Part shown: in pieces, positions 52,604-63,737 of the stretch
Layout of the letters: each line of letters starts with the position of its first letter
How positions within the stretch are numbered: position 1 is the stretch's first letter
Source: Gemmatimonadota bacterium
Lineage (GTDB): Bacteria; Gemmatimonadota; Gemmatimonadetes; Gemmatimonadales; GWC2-71-9
Direction: 5' to 3'
Length of the DNA stretch: 64,000 nucleotides
Assembly (NCBI GenBank): GCA_036679645.1
Contig: JAZDCY010000026.1
Location: 8,818-72,817 of the forward strand
The notes under the pieces: model-generated
Database searches by the model: none
Seen by the model: the letters and a program-made list of their open reading frames with translations, nothing else
What the model was told of the DNA's origin: nothing
Made by a program: the position numbers and the translations under genes

Positions 52604-54535
52604 CTATCCGATCTGGCCGAGCCGCTTCACGAGCTCGCCGGCGGTCTGTACACGGTCCTCGGGCGCCTTCGCCAGCAAGGTCATGATCACCGTGGAGAGG
52701 GCGGGCGGGATCTCGGGATTGACCTCGGTGGGCGGGACCGCGTGCTCCTGCAGAACCTTGGTGATAAGGGAGACCGGAGTGCGCCCCTCGAACGGCAACT
52801 TCTGCGTTGTGCATTCGTACAGCACCACGCCGACCGCGTAGAGATCGCTGCGTGCGTCAACACTTTCCGAAAGCAGTTGCTCCGGCGACATGTAGCTTGG
52901 CGTACCAACGATGAGTCCGGTTTCAGTCAGCGTGCTGGATCGCTCGGCGAGCCGGGCGATCCCGAAGTCCATCACCTTGAGCACGCCATCGTCGTCCAGC
53001 AGCAGGTTCTGCGGTTTGATATCACGATGGATCACGCCGTTCTCATGTGCGACGACCAGTGACTCGGCGAGCTGCGTGCCGATCGCCAACGTCGATTGTG
53101 GCGTCAGCGGACCCCGGAGATCCACGAGCTGCCGGACCGTAATCCCCTCGACGTACTCCATCGTCAGGTAATACACGCCACGCCATTCCCCAAAATCGTG
53201 TGTGCGCACGACATTCCGATGAGAGATACGGCGCGCCAGGCGGATCTCGCTCTTGAATCGCTCAATGAGCGCGTCACCCACCGCAAGCAACTCCGGTCGC
53301 AGCGTCTTGATGGCCACGTCCTCGTCCAGTTCCAGATCGCGCGCGCGGTACACGGTACCCATGCCCCCCGTGCCGATCACCGACACGATCTCATAGCGCT
53401 CGCCGAATCCCTGCCCCTCCTCGAGGCTGCCACCGTCGAGCAACGCGACTTTCTCCTGCGAGGTCCGCGCAATCCCGATATCCATACGCAATTCGTTCAG
53501 CCGGTCCTGTAACCGGGCCTCGCGCGTGCGTACCTCTGCTGCCATCCCGTCGAACACGCGCGCCAGGTGTCCCAACTCGTCGCCCCGTTGCGCCACGTCC
53601 GCAAGCATCCCGGTTTCGTACCGGCCCGCTTCCACCGCCGACGCCGCCTCGACGAGGCGCGTCACCTGCTGGAGGTCATTCAACTCCTTGTCACGGTGGC
53701 GCTTCTTGTCGAGTGACGCGCTGATCCGCGCACGCAACAGGACGACGTCGAACGGTTTCGGCAGAAAATCCTCCGCCCCCGCCTCGATACATCGCACGAC
53801 ACTCGGCATATCGTCGAGCGCCGAGATCATGATGACCGGGATGTCACGCGTCGCCGCAGCCCCCTTGAGTTGCGCCAGCACTTCATAGCCATCGATGTCG
53901 GGCATCATGACGTCGAGCAACACCAAGTCGTACCGACCGGTGGCGGCCATCTCCAGGGCCCTCCGCCCGCCCTCGGCACATGCCACCGCGTAGCCCTCGC
54001 GCTCGAGCCGGCGGCGCAGCACCTCACGGTTGTCCTCGACGTCATCCACCACGAGCATCGTCGGGGCCTGCTCGCCGCCGCCCGCGTCCGTGGATCGTGT
54101 CTCGCAATCGGGCTGCACCGGATCTGCCAGCATGCCCGCAGGAATCAACTTTGCCGCGGCGCCGAGAATCCGGTGGAGATCGGACGTGAATTCCCGGTCG
54201 GCGGCGGGCTCGGTGAGTCGGAGCAATCCTTCAACCGAGCGGACGATGCGCTGCTGTGGGTCGCGCAGCGAACGGTACAGTTCCGCCACCTCTTCGGCCC
54301 TGATCCCGTCACTGCGCCCGCCGAGCAGGCGATCGATCAGGGCAAGCAGGTCGCGCGCGGCGGCGAGTGTCTCTTCGAGCGCCGCCCGGCGCGGCGCAAG
54401 CGACGGCTCCGCCGCGTCTTCGAGCAGCATCTCGGCGTAACCGACAATGTGATTGATGGGGGTACGGAGGTCGTGCCGCAGCTCGGCGGTGGATTCCGGC
54501 GTCAGCGGCGCATGGGGTTCGGCAAACGAGGTCAT
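52604..54535 (-). CDS. HisKA (no ATPase) - REC - HAMP-like - Ser/Thr kinase fusion
   Basis: [20 protein letters not shown]...LLDVMMP...ISA...[41 protein letters not shown]. Confidence 0.9.
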   Translation of the reverse strand: MTSFAEPHAPLTPESTAELRHDLRTPINHIVGYAEMLLEDAAEPSLAPRRAALEETLAAARDLLALIDRLLGGRSDGIRAEEVAELYRSLRDPQQRIVRSVEGLLRLTEPAADREFTSDLHRILGAAAKLIPAGMLADPVQPDCETRSTDAGGGEQAPTMLVVDDVEDNREVLRRRLEREGYAVACAEGGRRALEMAATGRYDLVLLDVMMPDIDGYEVLAQLKGAAATRDIPVIMISALDDMPSVVRCIEAGAEDFLPKPFDVVLLRARISASLDKKRHRDKELNDLQQVTRLVEAASAVEAGRYETGMLADVAQRGDELGHLARVFDGMAAEVRTREARLQDRLNELRMDIGIARTSQEKVALLDGGSLEEGQGFGERYEIVSVIGTGGMGTVYRARDLELDEDVAIKTLRPELLAVGDALIERFKSEIRLARRISHRNVVRTHDFGEWRGVYYLTMEYVEGITVRQLVDLRGPLTPQSTLAIGTQLAESLVVAHENGVIHRDIKPQNLLLDDDGVLKVMDFGIARLAERSSTLTETGLIVGTPSYMSPEQLLSESVDARSDLYAVGVVLYECTTQKLPFEGRTPVSLITKVLQEHAVPPTEVNPEIPPALSTVIMTLLAKAPEDRVQTAGELVKRLGQIG

Positions 54536-54902
54536 TGTGTGCGTTGCAGCAGCGCCTCGATCTTCGACAACAACCGCGGCAACTCGATCGGCTTGGTGTC
54601 GTAGTCGTCGCACCCCGCCTCGATCGCTCTCTCGCGGTCTCCCGCCATCGCGTGCGCTGTGAGCGAATGATCGGCACGGCGGCGGTCTCCGCGGACGCAC
54701 GCAGCTGCCGCGTGGCGTCCCATCCATCGATCTCCGGCAAACTCATGTCCATCAAGATCACGTCATACCCACCTTCGCGGGCCTTGTCGATTCCTTCTTG
54801 CCCATCGACCGCCATCACAACATCGTAGCCCTTCCGCTGCAAGCGGCGCGACAGCATGTCACGGTTCATCTCGTTGTCCTCGACCAGCAGAATACGCGGC
54901 AT
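54532..54902 (-). pseudogene. Single-domain response regulator (DivK-like) with a 1-nt deletion near 54665
   Basis: ILLVEDN...LMDMSLP...VPII, then in another frame [11 protein letters not shown]...GCDDYDTKP; one added G restores VPIIALTA. Confidence 0.88.
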
Positions 54903-57029
54903 CTAATCCGTCTCCCCATTTTGCGTGTCCGTCAGGCGTAGTTCCGCCGGGAGGCGGATTGTGAAGATCGACCCGTGGCCGGGCTCGCTCTCCACGAGCA
55001 CGTCGCCGCCCATCATATGGCAAAAACGACGGGTGATGGCTAGCCCCAACCCCGTTCCGCCGTAGCGGCTCGTGGTCGATGCCTCCGCCTGGGAGAAAGC
55101 CTCAAAGAGCCGGTCCATCTGCTCCGCCGTCATGCCGATCCCGGTATCGCCCACCGCGAACGTGACCACCTCGCGCTCGTCCGTCGTAGCCCGCGCGACC
55201 GACAGCGTGATGGTCCCGTGGTCGGTGAACTTGGCCGCGTTGGAAAGCAGATTGAGCAACATTTGCCGAACCTTGGTGAGGTCCGTATGCATGGTTCCCA
55301 GGTCATCAGGAATGCGTACCTCGAACCGGTTCTCGTTCTTGTGCACCAGGGGCTCCACCGTCGCGGCGACCTCCCGCACCATCGCTCCCGCCTGGAAGGT
55401 CTCTGCGAACAGCTCCATCTTCCCTGCCTCGATCTTGGACAGATCGAGCACGTCGTTGATGAGTGACAGTAGATGTCGGCCAGCCGTGTGGATCTTCGCG
55501 AGATCGGACGAAAGGCTCTCGTGGCCCAGGTCCTCGACATCCTCCTGCAACATCTCGCTGTACCCGATGATGGCATTGAGCGGCGTGCGCAACTCATGGC
55601 TCATGCTGGCAAGGAACTGGCTCTTGGCACTGTTGGCGGCTTCGGCATCACGCCGCGCACGCAGTAACTCGGTGATATCATGGTACAGCCCCATCAGGCC
55701 CACGCGCTCGCCGTCGACAATCACCGGCACCCCCAAGATCTCGACGTCGACCATCGTGCCGTCCTTGCGGCGGCGCCGTCCCATGCCTCGCACCGCGTGA
55801 TCGAGCGCCTCGCGGGTGTACCCCATCGCCTCCGCGCGCGTTGCTTGGGTCGTAATCAGGTCGTCGAGGTTGCGGTCCACTGCTTCCGCCTGCGAGTATC
55901 CGAAGAGCTGCTCAAAGGCAGGATTGCACTCGACGACCATGTACTCGCGATTCAGCGTCACGATAGCGACCGGACTGTTCCGTACGAGTTCGCCGAAGTA
56001 CTGCTGCTGCCGTTTCGACGTCGTGTAGAGCCGTGCGTTCTCGATCGCGATGGCGGCCTGCGGGGCGAAGAGGTTGAGCAGTCGCAGATCCTCTTCATTG
56101 AAGACGTGATCGGGATCGGCGTGGACGGTCGCGATGGCGCCCACGAGCCGGCGCCCGATCAGCAACGGGGCCGCCATGACCGAATGCACCATCACGTCGG
56201 CGTATTGGGCCGATTGTCCCAACCACTCGTGATACGAAGGGATTATGAGCGGCTCGAGACTCTGTGCGACCGCGCCCATCGCGCCTTCACCGGGCTTGAT
56301 GCGGGTACCGGTCGAGTCCTTCCCGATACGGTCGCTCGCGACGACCACGAGTTCCTCGGCTTCCTCTTCATAGATCGCGACCTCCCCTCCCGTCACCCCG
56401 AGCAGGGCCACCGCGCGCGCAATCACCGCCTGGAGCACCTTCGAGAGTTCCAGTTCCGACGACAGGTCGGCCATCGTGTCGAGCAATGCCTTGTGCTCGT
56501 CCGCGCGCCGCCGCTCTGCCATGAGGAGACGAGCGCGCTCGATTGCGATGCCGGCATGGTTGGTAGCGGCTTCGAAGATCTCGAAGTCCTCCTCGCCGAA
56601 CGCGTTGGTTTCGGCGCTCTCTACCACGAGCACGCCGATCGTCGTACCGTTCACGCGTACCGGGATGTCGACCTCGGATCCGCTGGCGAGGCTCGGCAGG
56701 TATTGCGATTCGCGCGTTACATCCGGTGTATAGCGCAGTTGGCCGTCGATGACCGCTTGCGCACTCAATCCTTCCCCGCGGTGCACCCGCATGTCAGGCG
56801 GCACGTCCGGCCACCCCACACTAGCCCGGAGCACGCGGTCGCCGGTCTCCTCATCGACCAGGAACAGGCCGAGAAAATCGTATCCCAACGCCGTGTCGTG
56901 CAGTCCGCTTACCACGCTCTGGTAGACCTCATCCTCGTTATGCGTCGCGGCGATTGCAGCGCTCAACCGGAACATGGCCGTCTGGCGGCGGGCGACGACG
57001 GTCTTATCCGAAGGCGACACGCTCGTCAC
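54903..57029 (-). CDS. Soluble histidine kinase GAF-GAF-PAS-HisKA-HATPase
   Basis: [33 protein letters not shown] and PAS (NPAFE) motifs; no TM. Confidence 0.94.
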   Translation of the reverse strand: MTSVSPSDKTVVARRQTAMFRLSAAIAATHNEDEVYQSVVSGLHDTALGYDFLGLFLVDEETGDRVLRASVGWPDVPPDMRVHRGEGLSAQAVIDGQLRYTPDVTRESQYLPSLASGSEVDIPVRVNGTTIGVLVVESAETNAFGEEDFEIFEAATNHAGIAIERARLLMAERRRADEHKALLDTMADLSSELELSKVLQAVIARAVALLGVTGGEVAIYEEEAEELVVVASDRIGKDSTGTRIKPGEGAMGAVAQSLEPLIIPSYHEWLGQSAQYADVMVHSVMAAPLLIGRRLVGAIATVHADPDHVFNEEDLRLLNLFAPQAAIAIENARLYTTSKRQQQYFGELVRNSPVAIVTLNREYMVVECNPAFEQLFGYSQAEAVDRNLDDLITTQATRAEAMGYTREALDHAVRGMGRRRRKDGTMVDVEILGVPVIVDGERVGLMGLYHDITELLRARRDAEAANSAKSQFLASMSHELRTPLNAIIGYSEMLQEDVEDLGHESLSSDLAKIHTAGRHLLSLINDVLDLSKIEAGKMELFAETFQAGAMVREVAATVEPLVHKNENRFEVRIPDDLGTMHTDLTKVRQMLLNLLSNAAKFTDHGTITLSVARATTDEREVVTFAVGDTGIGMTAEQMDRLFEAFSQAEASTTSRYGGTGLGLAITRRFCHMMGGDVLVESEPGHGSIFTIRLPAELRLTDTQNGETD

Positions 57030-59947
57030 GACGCCGCGCCCGCGGCCGGACGGTCGGTATGGGCTGAGACGAGGCCTCGGATGCGCTGCAGCAATTCCTC
57101 GCGCTTGTAGACGCCCTTGCGCAGGATATGCTGCACGGCGCCGTTCAGCCGCCGATGATCGTCGGCGCTGAGGTCTTTCGCGGTGATAACGACGACCGGG
57201 ACCGACGACGACGGACCTTTGCGCAACGATTCGAGAAACTCGAATCCGTCCATCTCGGGCATCATGAGATCGAGCAGCACCACCTCCGGCGGCGCCTCGG
57301 CGACGCGCTCGAGTCCGATCCGCCCGTTCTCTGCCTCGACCACCGTCCAGCCGTCGCGCTCGAGGACGCGACGAGAAATGTCGCGTACCGACGGATCGTC
57401 TTCGATCACGAGCACCGTCCCTTTCCCCGCCCCCGCCCGCTGGCTGTACTTCGCGACGACCGCCGACAGGCGATCGCGATCGATGGGTTTGGTGAGATAC
57501 TCCGCGGCGCCGAGTGTCATGCCGAGCCGTTCGTCATCCTGAATCGACAACATGACGACGGGGATCTCCGCTAGAGACCGATCGGCTTTGAGCGCGCTCA
57601 ACGTGCCCCAGCCGTCCATCTCCGGCATCAGCACGTCGAGCGTGATCACGTCCGGCTGCAGCGTGCGGGCGCGTTCCAGCCCCTCCCTCCCGTCGGCGGC
57701 CTGCTCCACGCGATACCCTTCTTTGCGGAGATGTCGGGTGATGAGGTCTCGGGCCGACGCGTCGTCGTCGACCACCAGCACGAGACCGCGCGCGTCGGCC
57801 ACGGGAGCCGGTTCCTCCCCTGCGGTCGTGAGGGTCGTCTCCACCCGCTCAGGTGCCGTGGCCGGCAGCCGAACGGTGAACGCCGAGCCCTCGCCCGCCA
57901 CGCTCTCGACCGTCACGGTGCCGCCCAGCATGCGACACAACAGCCGGCTGATCGCGAGTCCCAGCCCCGACCCGCCAAATCGGCTCGCCGTCGATGCTTC
58001 GGCCTGGGCAAAAGCCTCGAACAGCTTGTCGAGCTGTTCGGGCGTCATCCCAATACCCGTGTCTGACACGCGGAACGTGAGCCAGTCGCCCGTCGCGTTG
58101 GTGGTACGGTTCACCGCTAGCGTGATGGCGCCCGCGTCGGTGAACTTCGCCGCATTGGAGAGCAAGTTCAGCAGCACCTGGCGCAGCCGCGTCGCGTCGG
58201 AGCGCATGACCCCGAGCGCATCCGCAAGCTCCACCGCGAGGCGATTGCCGTTTTTGTCGATCAGCGGTTGCACCGTGGTCACGACCGATTCGATGGTGGG
58301 GGCCACCTCGAACGTCTCGACGTGCAGCTCCATCTTGCCCGCTTCGATCTTCGACAGATCGAGTACGTCGTTGATCAGCGTCAACAGATGTTTGCCCGCC
58401 GAGTGGATGCGTGTGAGATCCGACGCCGACTCCGCCTGTCCGCCGTCTTCAGCATCCTCGATCAGCATCTCGCTGTACCCGATGATGGCGTTCAGCGGCG
58501 TGCGCAGCTCGTGACTCATGTTGGCGAGAAACGTGCTCTTGGCTGCGCTGGCGCGTTCCGCGGCCTTGCGGGCCTGGAGCAGCTCGGTGACATCGTGATA
58601 CAGCCCCATGATGCCGACCCGTACCCCGTCGATCATCACTGGGACGGCAAGGATCTCGACATCGACAAGTGACCCGTCCTTGCGGCGCCGTCGCCCGATG
58701 CCCTGAACGGGTCGCGTCACAGCTTCCTGGGTGTAGCTGCGCGCCTCGGAGCGGGTCGCCTCGGTCGTGATGAGGCCGTCGAGGTTCTTGCCCACGATCT
58801 CGTCTTCGGCATACGCGAAGAGCGTCTCGAACGCCGGATTGCAACCCAATACGTTGTGGTCGGCGTCCAGCGTCACGACGGCGACGGGACTGTTGCGCAC
58901 CAGCTCCTCGAAATATCGCTGCTGGCGCCGCCCCTCGGTGAACAGGCGCGCGTTCTCGATCGCCACCCCGGCCTGCGGGGTGAACATGTTCATGAGACGG
59001 AGATCCTCGTCGCCAAAGCGCCGGGTGGCATCGGCCGTCCACGCGCTGAACGCCCCCACGAGTCGACCACCAACCAATAGGGGGGCGACGATCACGGCGT
59101 GCGCCTCGACGTCAGCGTACTTGTCGGAGGCCCCGGTCCACGCTTTGTAGTCGTCGATCAGCAGCGGCTCGCGGGTGCGGGCAACCTCCCCCATTGCACC
59201 CTCGCCCAGTGCGAGTCGCGTCCCGACCGAGACCCGGCCCGAGCGTGAGTTGGCCACGATCTCCAGTTCCTGTTTTTGTTCGTCGAAGATTGCCAACTCG
59301 CCCGCGGAAGCATCGAGTAGAGAGATGGCGCGCTCGAGCACGGCCTCGAGGAGCTTGGGCAATTCCAGCTCGCGGGAGAGGGCGCCCAGCGTATCGAGCA
59401 TCGCTTGATGCTCGTCGGCACGGCGTCGCTCCGTCTGCACGGCGTGTTCGTGTTGTGCAATGAGCCGCGCCCGGCTGATCGCGATGCTCACCTGAGTCGC
59501 GGCCGCGGTCAGGATGCCGAGATCGTCGGAGCTGAACGCGTCGGGCTGGCCGCTTTCGACCACCAGCACACCGACCGGCCGGCTGTCGATCACCAGCGGC
59601 ACATCCACCTCGGAACCGGTCTCGAGACCGGGGATGTAGCCGGGTTCGTTGGCCACCTCGGGACTGTAGTGCAGCTTCCCGTCGCGCAACGGCCGGTCGC
59701 TCAAGCCCTCGCCTTTGGGCAGACGCAGTCCGTCGGGGATGTCCGTCCAGCCCACACCGGCCTGCATGATGCGGTCGCCGGTCTCTTCCTCTACCAGGAA
59801 AATGCCGACGAAGTTGTAGCCCAGGGATTCGTCACGCAGTCCCGCCACCACGCGCCGGCAGATCTCCTGCTCGTCGGTAGCGGCGGCAAGGTCGGCGCTG
59901 AGTCGCAAGAGCGCCGACTGGCGGCGGGCAGCTCCGTCGTGTGGCAC
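57026..59947 (-). CDS. Soluble hybrid histidine kinase GAF-GAF-PAS-HisKA-HATPase-REC-REC
   Basis: Same N-terminal architecture; SHELRTPLN; two receivers ([16 protein letters not shown]); GGAG before GTG 59947. Confidence 0.94.
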   Translation of the reverse strand: MPHDGAARRQSALLRLSADLAAATDEQEICRRVVAGLRDESLGYNFVGIFLVEEETGDRIMQAGVGWTDIPDGLRLPKGEGLSDRPLRDGKLHYSPEVANEPGYIPGLETGSEVDVPLVIDSRPVGVLVVESGQPDAFSSDDLGILTAAATQVSIAISRARLIAQHEHAVQTERRRADEHQAMLDTLGALSRELELPKLLEAVLERAISLLDASAGELAIFDEQKQELEIVANSRSGRVSVGTRLALGEGAMGEVARTREPLLIDDYKAWTGASDKYADVEAHAVIVAPLLVGGRLVGAFSAWTADATRRFGDEDLRLMNMFTPQAGVAIENARLFTEGRRQQRYFEELVRNSPVAVVTLDADHNVLGCNPAFETLFAYAEDEIVGKNLDGLITTEATRSEARSYTQEAVTRPVQGIGRRRRKDGSLVDVEILAVPVMIDGVRVGIMGLYHDVTELLQARKAAERASAAKSTFLANMSHELRTPLNAIIGYSEMLIEDAEDGGQAESASDLTRIHSAGKHLLTLINDVLDLSKIEAGKMELHVETFEVAPTIESVVTTVQPLIDKNGNRLAVELADALGVMRSDATRLRQVLLNLLSNAAKFTDAGAITLAVNRTTNATGDWLTFRVSDTGIGMTPEQLDKLFEAFAQAEASTASRFGGSGLGLAISRLLCRMLGGTVTVESVAGEGSAFTVRLPATAPERVETTLTTAGEEPAPVADARGLVLVVDDDASARDLITRHLRKEGYRVEQAADGREGLERARTLQPDVITLDVLMPEMDGWGTLSALKADRSLAEIPVVMLSIQDDERLGMTLGAAEYLTKPIDRDRLSAVVAKYSQRAGAGKGTVLVIEDDPSVRDISRRVLERDGWTVVEAENGRIGLERVAEAPPEVVLLDLMMPEMDGFEFLESLRKGPSSSVPVVVITAKDLSADDHRRLNGAVQHILRKGVYKREELLQRIRGLVSAHTDRPAAGAAS

Positions 59948-60322
59948 AGTTCTCCGAGTGAAAGAGTCGGGAAGATACCCTGGGACGGCGGCACCTTCCA
60001 GCAAGAAGCGGCCGGAGACGGTGTAGTGCGCCGAAACGAGCCCGAGGTCTTGGTTTCCAAGTGTAGATACCGCAGCGAGTTAGGGGACTTCGCGACGACG
60101 TCGCGGGTGGGGAGGCAACGACCTGTTCCACTGCTTCGCGGTCAACTGACCCGATCCTATTCACTTCTGCCCAGCGCCACGTGTCCTTAGGCGGCATCTA
60201 CACTGATGGGCCGGCAACAGGGATCGATTGGCCCATGCCGCGAGTTATAGTACTATCCGGTCGAGGAATTGGTCGGAGGTCGTACAATCCGGCAAACGAA
60301 CGGGGCCCGTACGGAGGCATCT

Positions 60323-61471
60323 GTGGACGAGTATCACGACGACATCATATATCCGGCGCGCATCCCGTTCCTGCTCGTCCACCTCGTCTGTTTCACCGCC
60401 ATCTGGACCGGTATCACGGCCGAAGCGCTGGTCATCTGCGCCGTGCTCTACCTGGGCCGCATGTTTGCCGTCACGGCGGGTTACCATCGCTATTTCTCGC
60501 ACCGGTCGTTTCAGACCAGCCGCCTGGGCCAATACGTGCTCGCGTTTGTGGCGCAGAGCTCAGCACAGCGCGGCATTCTCTGGTGGGCCGGTAAGCACCG
60601 GCACCACCACAAGCATTCCGATTCCGTGCTGGACGTTCACTCACCCAGACAGCGTGGCTTCTGGTACGCGCACATGGGGTGGATCTTCGTTCGCGGGCAG
60701 ACCAAGACGGACGTCAGCGTAGTTCCCGATCTCGCCAAGTTTCCGGAACTCATGCGGCTCGACAGGCACCCGTATGTGCCCGCGACGGCGCTCGGCGTGC
60801 TGGTCTGGCTGTTGGCGGGATGGCCCGGACTGATCGTCGGATTCTTCTGGAGCACCGTCCTGCTGTACCACGGCACGTTCGCCATCAACTCGCTGGCCCA
60901 CGTGCATGGCAACCAGCGCTACGTCACGGGCGACGATTCCCGCAACAACTGGTGGCTAGCGTTGATCACGCTGGGCGAGGGGTGGCACAACAACCATCAC
61001 GCCTATCAATCGTCCACACGGCAAGGCTTCCGTTGGTGGGAGATCGACATCACCTACTACGGGCTCAAGCTGCTCTCCTGGGTTGGTATGGTCTCGCACC
61101 TGATCGAACCGCCCAGGGCGCTGGTCCACAACGAGGCGAAGCTGGGTCGACGCGTGGTAGAGAAGGTGGCGCGGCAGCTCGCCGGCACGCTCGCGGTGGA
61201 GGGGATTGGTGCGCGAGTGCGCGAGGCATGGGCCAACACGCCCACGTTGGCTGAGCTGCGCGTCCGTGCGCAACAGGCGCGGTCGGACGCGGTGGCGATG
61301 TTGCAGGACATGCACCTGCCGGATGTGCCCAGTCTCGACGAACTCAGTGCCCGGGCGCACGAGATGTTCAGCGCGACACCGTCGATGGACGAGATCGTCG
61401 CGCGGGCTCGGGAGTTGATCCTCGAGGCACTGACGACAGAACTGCTGCTGCCGGAAGCCGCACAAGCCTAG
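60323..61471 (+). CDS. Delta-9-type membrane fatty-acid desaturase with helical C-terminal tail
   Basis: His boxes HRYFSH, HRHHH, HNNHH; GGAGG before GTG. Confidence 0.92.
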   Translation: MDEYHDDIIYPARIPFLLVHLVCFTAIWTGITAEALVICAVLYLGRMFAVTAGYHRYFSHRSFQTSRLGQYVLAFVAQSSAQRGILWWAGKHRHHHKHSDSVLDVHSPRQRGFWYAHMGWIFVRGQTKTDVSVVPDLAKFPELMRLDRHPYVPATALGVLVWLLAGWPGLIVGFFWSTVLLYHGTFAINSLAHVHGNQRYVTGDDSRNNWWLALITLGEGWHNNHHAYQSSTRQGFRWWEIDITYYGLKLLSWVGMVSHLIEPPRALVHNEAKLGRRVVEKVARQLAGTLAVEGIGARVREAWANTPTLAELRVRAQQARSDAVAMLQDMHLPDVPSLDELSARAHEMFSATPSMDEIVARARELILEALTTELLLPEAAQA

Positions 61472-61476
61472 CGATG

Positions 61477-61525
61477 TTCACCGCAGAGTTCGCAGAGAGT
61501 CTGTTCCACGGATCTCTGCGGTGAA
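61477..61525. repeat. REP/MITE-like inverted repeat
   Basis: TTCACCGCAGAG (61477-61488) and CTCTGCGGTGAA (61514-61525): perfect 12 bp, 25-bp spacer. Confidence 0.7.
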
Positions 61526-61536
61526 TCTCGAGGCCA

Positions 61537-62994
61537 GTGCTCAGTAAATCCCGCTTCACGGCCGGCTGGCAGTGCCACAAACTCCTCTGGTGGAAGGTCC
61601 ACGAGCCCGACGCCGAGGAACTCCAACCGGACAAGGTGCTGCAAGACCTCTTCGACCAGGGCCACCACGTGGGCGAGGTCGCGCAGGACCGGTTCCCCGG
61701 CGGCGTGCTGATCGATCTGCCGTACTACGAACGAGAGAAGCGCGTCACCCGGACCAGGGAGGTCATCGACGCCGGGGCGCCCGCTGTATTCGAGGCGACC
61801 TTCGTTGCCGACGACACGTTCGTCGCGGTCGATGTCCTCGAGCGGCTGGATGAAGACGGCTTCCGCCTCATCGAGGTGAAATCTTCAACCTCACAGAAGG
61901 ACGAGCACATCGCGGACGTGGCGATTCAGGTGCACGTCGTACGAGCGAGTGGTGAAGCGGTGCACGGTGCACGGGTGATGCACCTGAACAAAGAGCATCG
62001 CCATCCCGACACAAACGATCTCTTCGCGCAGACTGACGTGACGGAAGAGGTCGAGGCGTTGCTCCCAAGTCTTCCGGCGGAGATAGCGCGGCAGCTCGAG
62101 ATGTTAGGTGGCCCGCTGCCCGAGGTCTCGATCGGTCTCAACTGCTACGAGCCACGCAAGTGTCCCTTCTTCGAACGCTGCTGGCCCCAGGACCGCGACC
62201 ATATCTCGAAGCTCGTGGGTTATGGACCCAAGAAGACCGGCCGTGCCGTGCAGAAAGGCGTCCACAAGATTGGCGATCTCCCCGAACGGACCAAGTTCAA
62301 CTTCACGCAACAGCGTCAGCTGAAGGCGTTGGCGGAGAACCGTATTGTCGTCGAACCGACCCTTTCCGAAGAGCTGAAAGCCTTCGACTGCCGTCTTGGA
62401 TTCTTGGATTTCGAGACGATCATGCGTGCCATCCCAGTGTGGCCCAACATGAGGCCGTGGCAACAGGCGGCGGCGCAGTTCAGCTATCACGAGTTACAAC
62501 CGGACGGCACGTACGCGCACGCGGAGCATCTCGCCGAGGGACCGCAAGACGCCCAGCCACCCCTCGTCGAGGCAATGGTGCGGGCGACTGCGCACGCCGA
62601 GCGCGTGGTGATGTACACGTCGTTCGAGAAGACGCGGATACGCGAGCTGCAGAAGGCGGTACCGGATCTCGCCGAGGAACTAAAGGAGCTGGAACACAAG
62701 CTCATCGACCTTCATCCGGTCATCAAGAACACGGTCTACCATCCCGACTTTCGCGGGAGTTTCAGCCTCAAGTACATCCTGACGCCGCTCGTGCCCGATC
62801 TCACATACGACGATCTGATCATCGTGGACGGCATGATCGCCAGTGTCGAGATCGCGCGGCTGCTGTTCGTGGCGGACAGGATTCCGCAACACGAGAAGGA
62901 TAGGGTGCGGCAGGATCTTCTCGACTACTGCGAGCGGGATACGTGGGCGATGGTGAAACTGTTGGAGCGATTGCGGGAGTTGGCGGCGGCCTAG
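61537..62994 (+). CDS. DUF2779-type protein: RecB/Cas4-like nuclease plus RNase H-like domain
   Basis: LSKSRF..GWQC, VDVL...IEVKSST, D..IQ, C-x5-C-x5-C, LDFET, SFSLK, YCERDT. Confidence 0.85.
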   Translation: MLSKSRFTAGWQCHKLLWWKVHEPDAEELQPDKVLQDLFDQGHHVGEVAQDRFPGGVLIDLPYYEREKRVTRTREVIDAGAPAVFEATFVADDTFVAVDVLERLDEDGFRLIEVKSSTSQKDEHIADVAIQVHVVRASGEAVHGARVMHLNKEHRHPDTNDLFAQTDVTEEVEALLPSLPAEIARQLEMLGGPLPEVSIGLNCYEPRKCPFFERCWPQDRDHISKLVGYGPKKTGRAVQKGVHKIGDLPERTKFNFTQQRQLKALAENRIVVEPTLSEELKAFDCRLGFLDFETIMRAIPVWPNMRPWQQAAAQFSYHELQPDGTYAHAEHLAEGPQDAQPPLVEAMVRATAHAERVVMYTSFEKTRIRELQKAVPDLAEELKELEHKLIDLHPVIKNTVYHPDFRGSFSLKYILTPLVPDLTYDDLIIVDGMIASVEIARLLFVADRIPQHEKDRVRQDLLDYCERDTWAMVKLLERLRELAAA

Positions 62995-63003
62995 GTTTCG
63001 AGG

Positions 63004-63726
63004 CTATCGCAGCTTCTTGATCTCCGCTTGTTGCGCTCGGATGGCCTCCATCGCTCGATCCGTGATCGCTTGTGCCAATTCGGCGGATGCCGGCTGGTCG
63101 AGCAGGTCGCCAAAATCAACTGGTGGGCCGTAGCTAAAAACGAGGCGCTGAAATATTCGCGGTACGCGACGCCCTATCGGAAGCACGTCTTGCATACCAT
63201 CGATGGCAACGGGGATGACTTTGGGCCTGGCTTTGAGAATGACCATGCCGGCTCCCGCACGCCCGGCGCCAACTTCGCCGGTGCGAGTCCGTCCGGCTTC
63301 CGGAAACAATGTCAGCACCCCATCGGGAAGCACCTGGATCATGCGATGTAAGGCACGAAGATCACGCCGACCCTCTTTGACTGGTATGCAGCGCCAGCAA
63401 TCGGCAAGCCAGGCGAGTATACGACTGCCATAGAAATTCTCCGAAGCGGCCGGATTCCAGGGCAGCAAGTGCGGCTTGAGCCACGATCGCGGGTAGAAGG
63501 CAAATAATCCCACTGGGAAGCTGTCGATCATGGATTGATGATTGCAGAGTAACAACGTGTTGCGTTCGAAGCCGACGTTTTCCCGGCCAATGACTGTCGT
63601 ATGGTTGAGGAGCCGAAAAAACAGCCAGAAGAACGTGACGGTCACGTTGGTGACGAACCAGCTCGTGGCTTCGCGAAGAAGGGATCGCGACGTGTTTTGC
63701 CGCTTCGTGCGGCGGCGCTCGTTCAT
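63004..63726 (-). CDS. Lysophospholipid (PlsC-like) acyltransferase
   Basis: NHQSMID (HX4D), FPEAGR, VIPVAI; probable start ATG 63726. Confidence 0.88.
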   Translation of the reverse strand: MNERRRTKRQNTSRSLLREATSWFVTNVTVTFFWLFFRLLNHTTVIGRENVGFERNTLLLCNHQSMIDSFPVGLFAFYPRSWLKPHLLPWNPAASENFYGSRILAWLADCWRCIPVKEGRRDLRALHRMIQVLPDGVLTLFPEAGRTRTGEVGAGRAGAGMVILKARPKVIPVAIDGMQDVLPIGRRVPRIFQRLVFSYGPPVDFGDLLDQPASAELAQAITDRAMEAIRAQQAEIKKLR

Positions 63727-63737
63727 ATCTACATCGA

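Noticed and set aside
54309..54727. Long tail of ORF 54309..54902 and long head of ORF 52604..54727
   Set aside because: The tail results from the receiver frameshift and the head is open frame upstream of the likely start; the probable boundary is the ATGA at 54532-54535.
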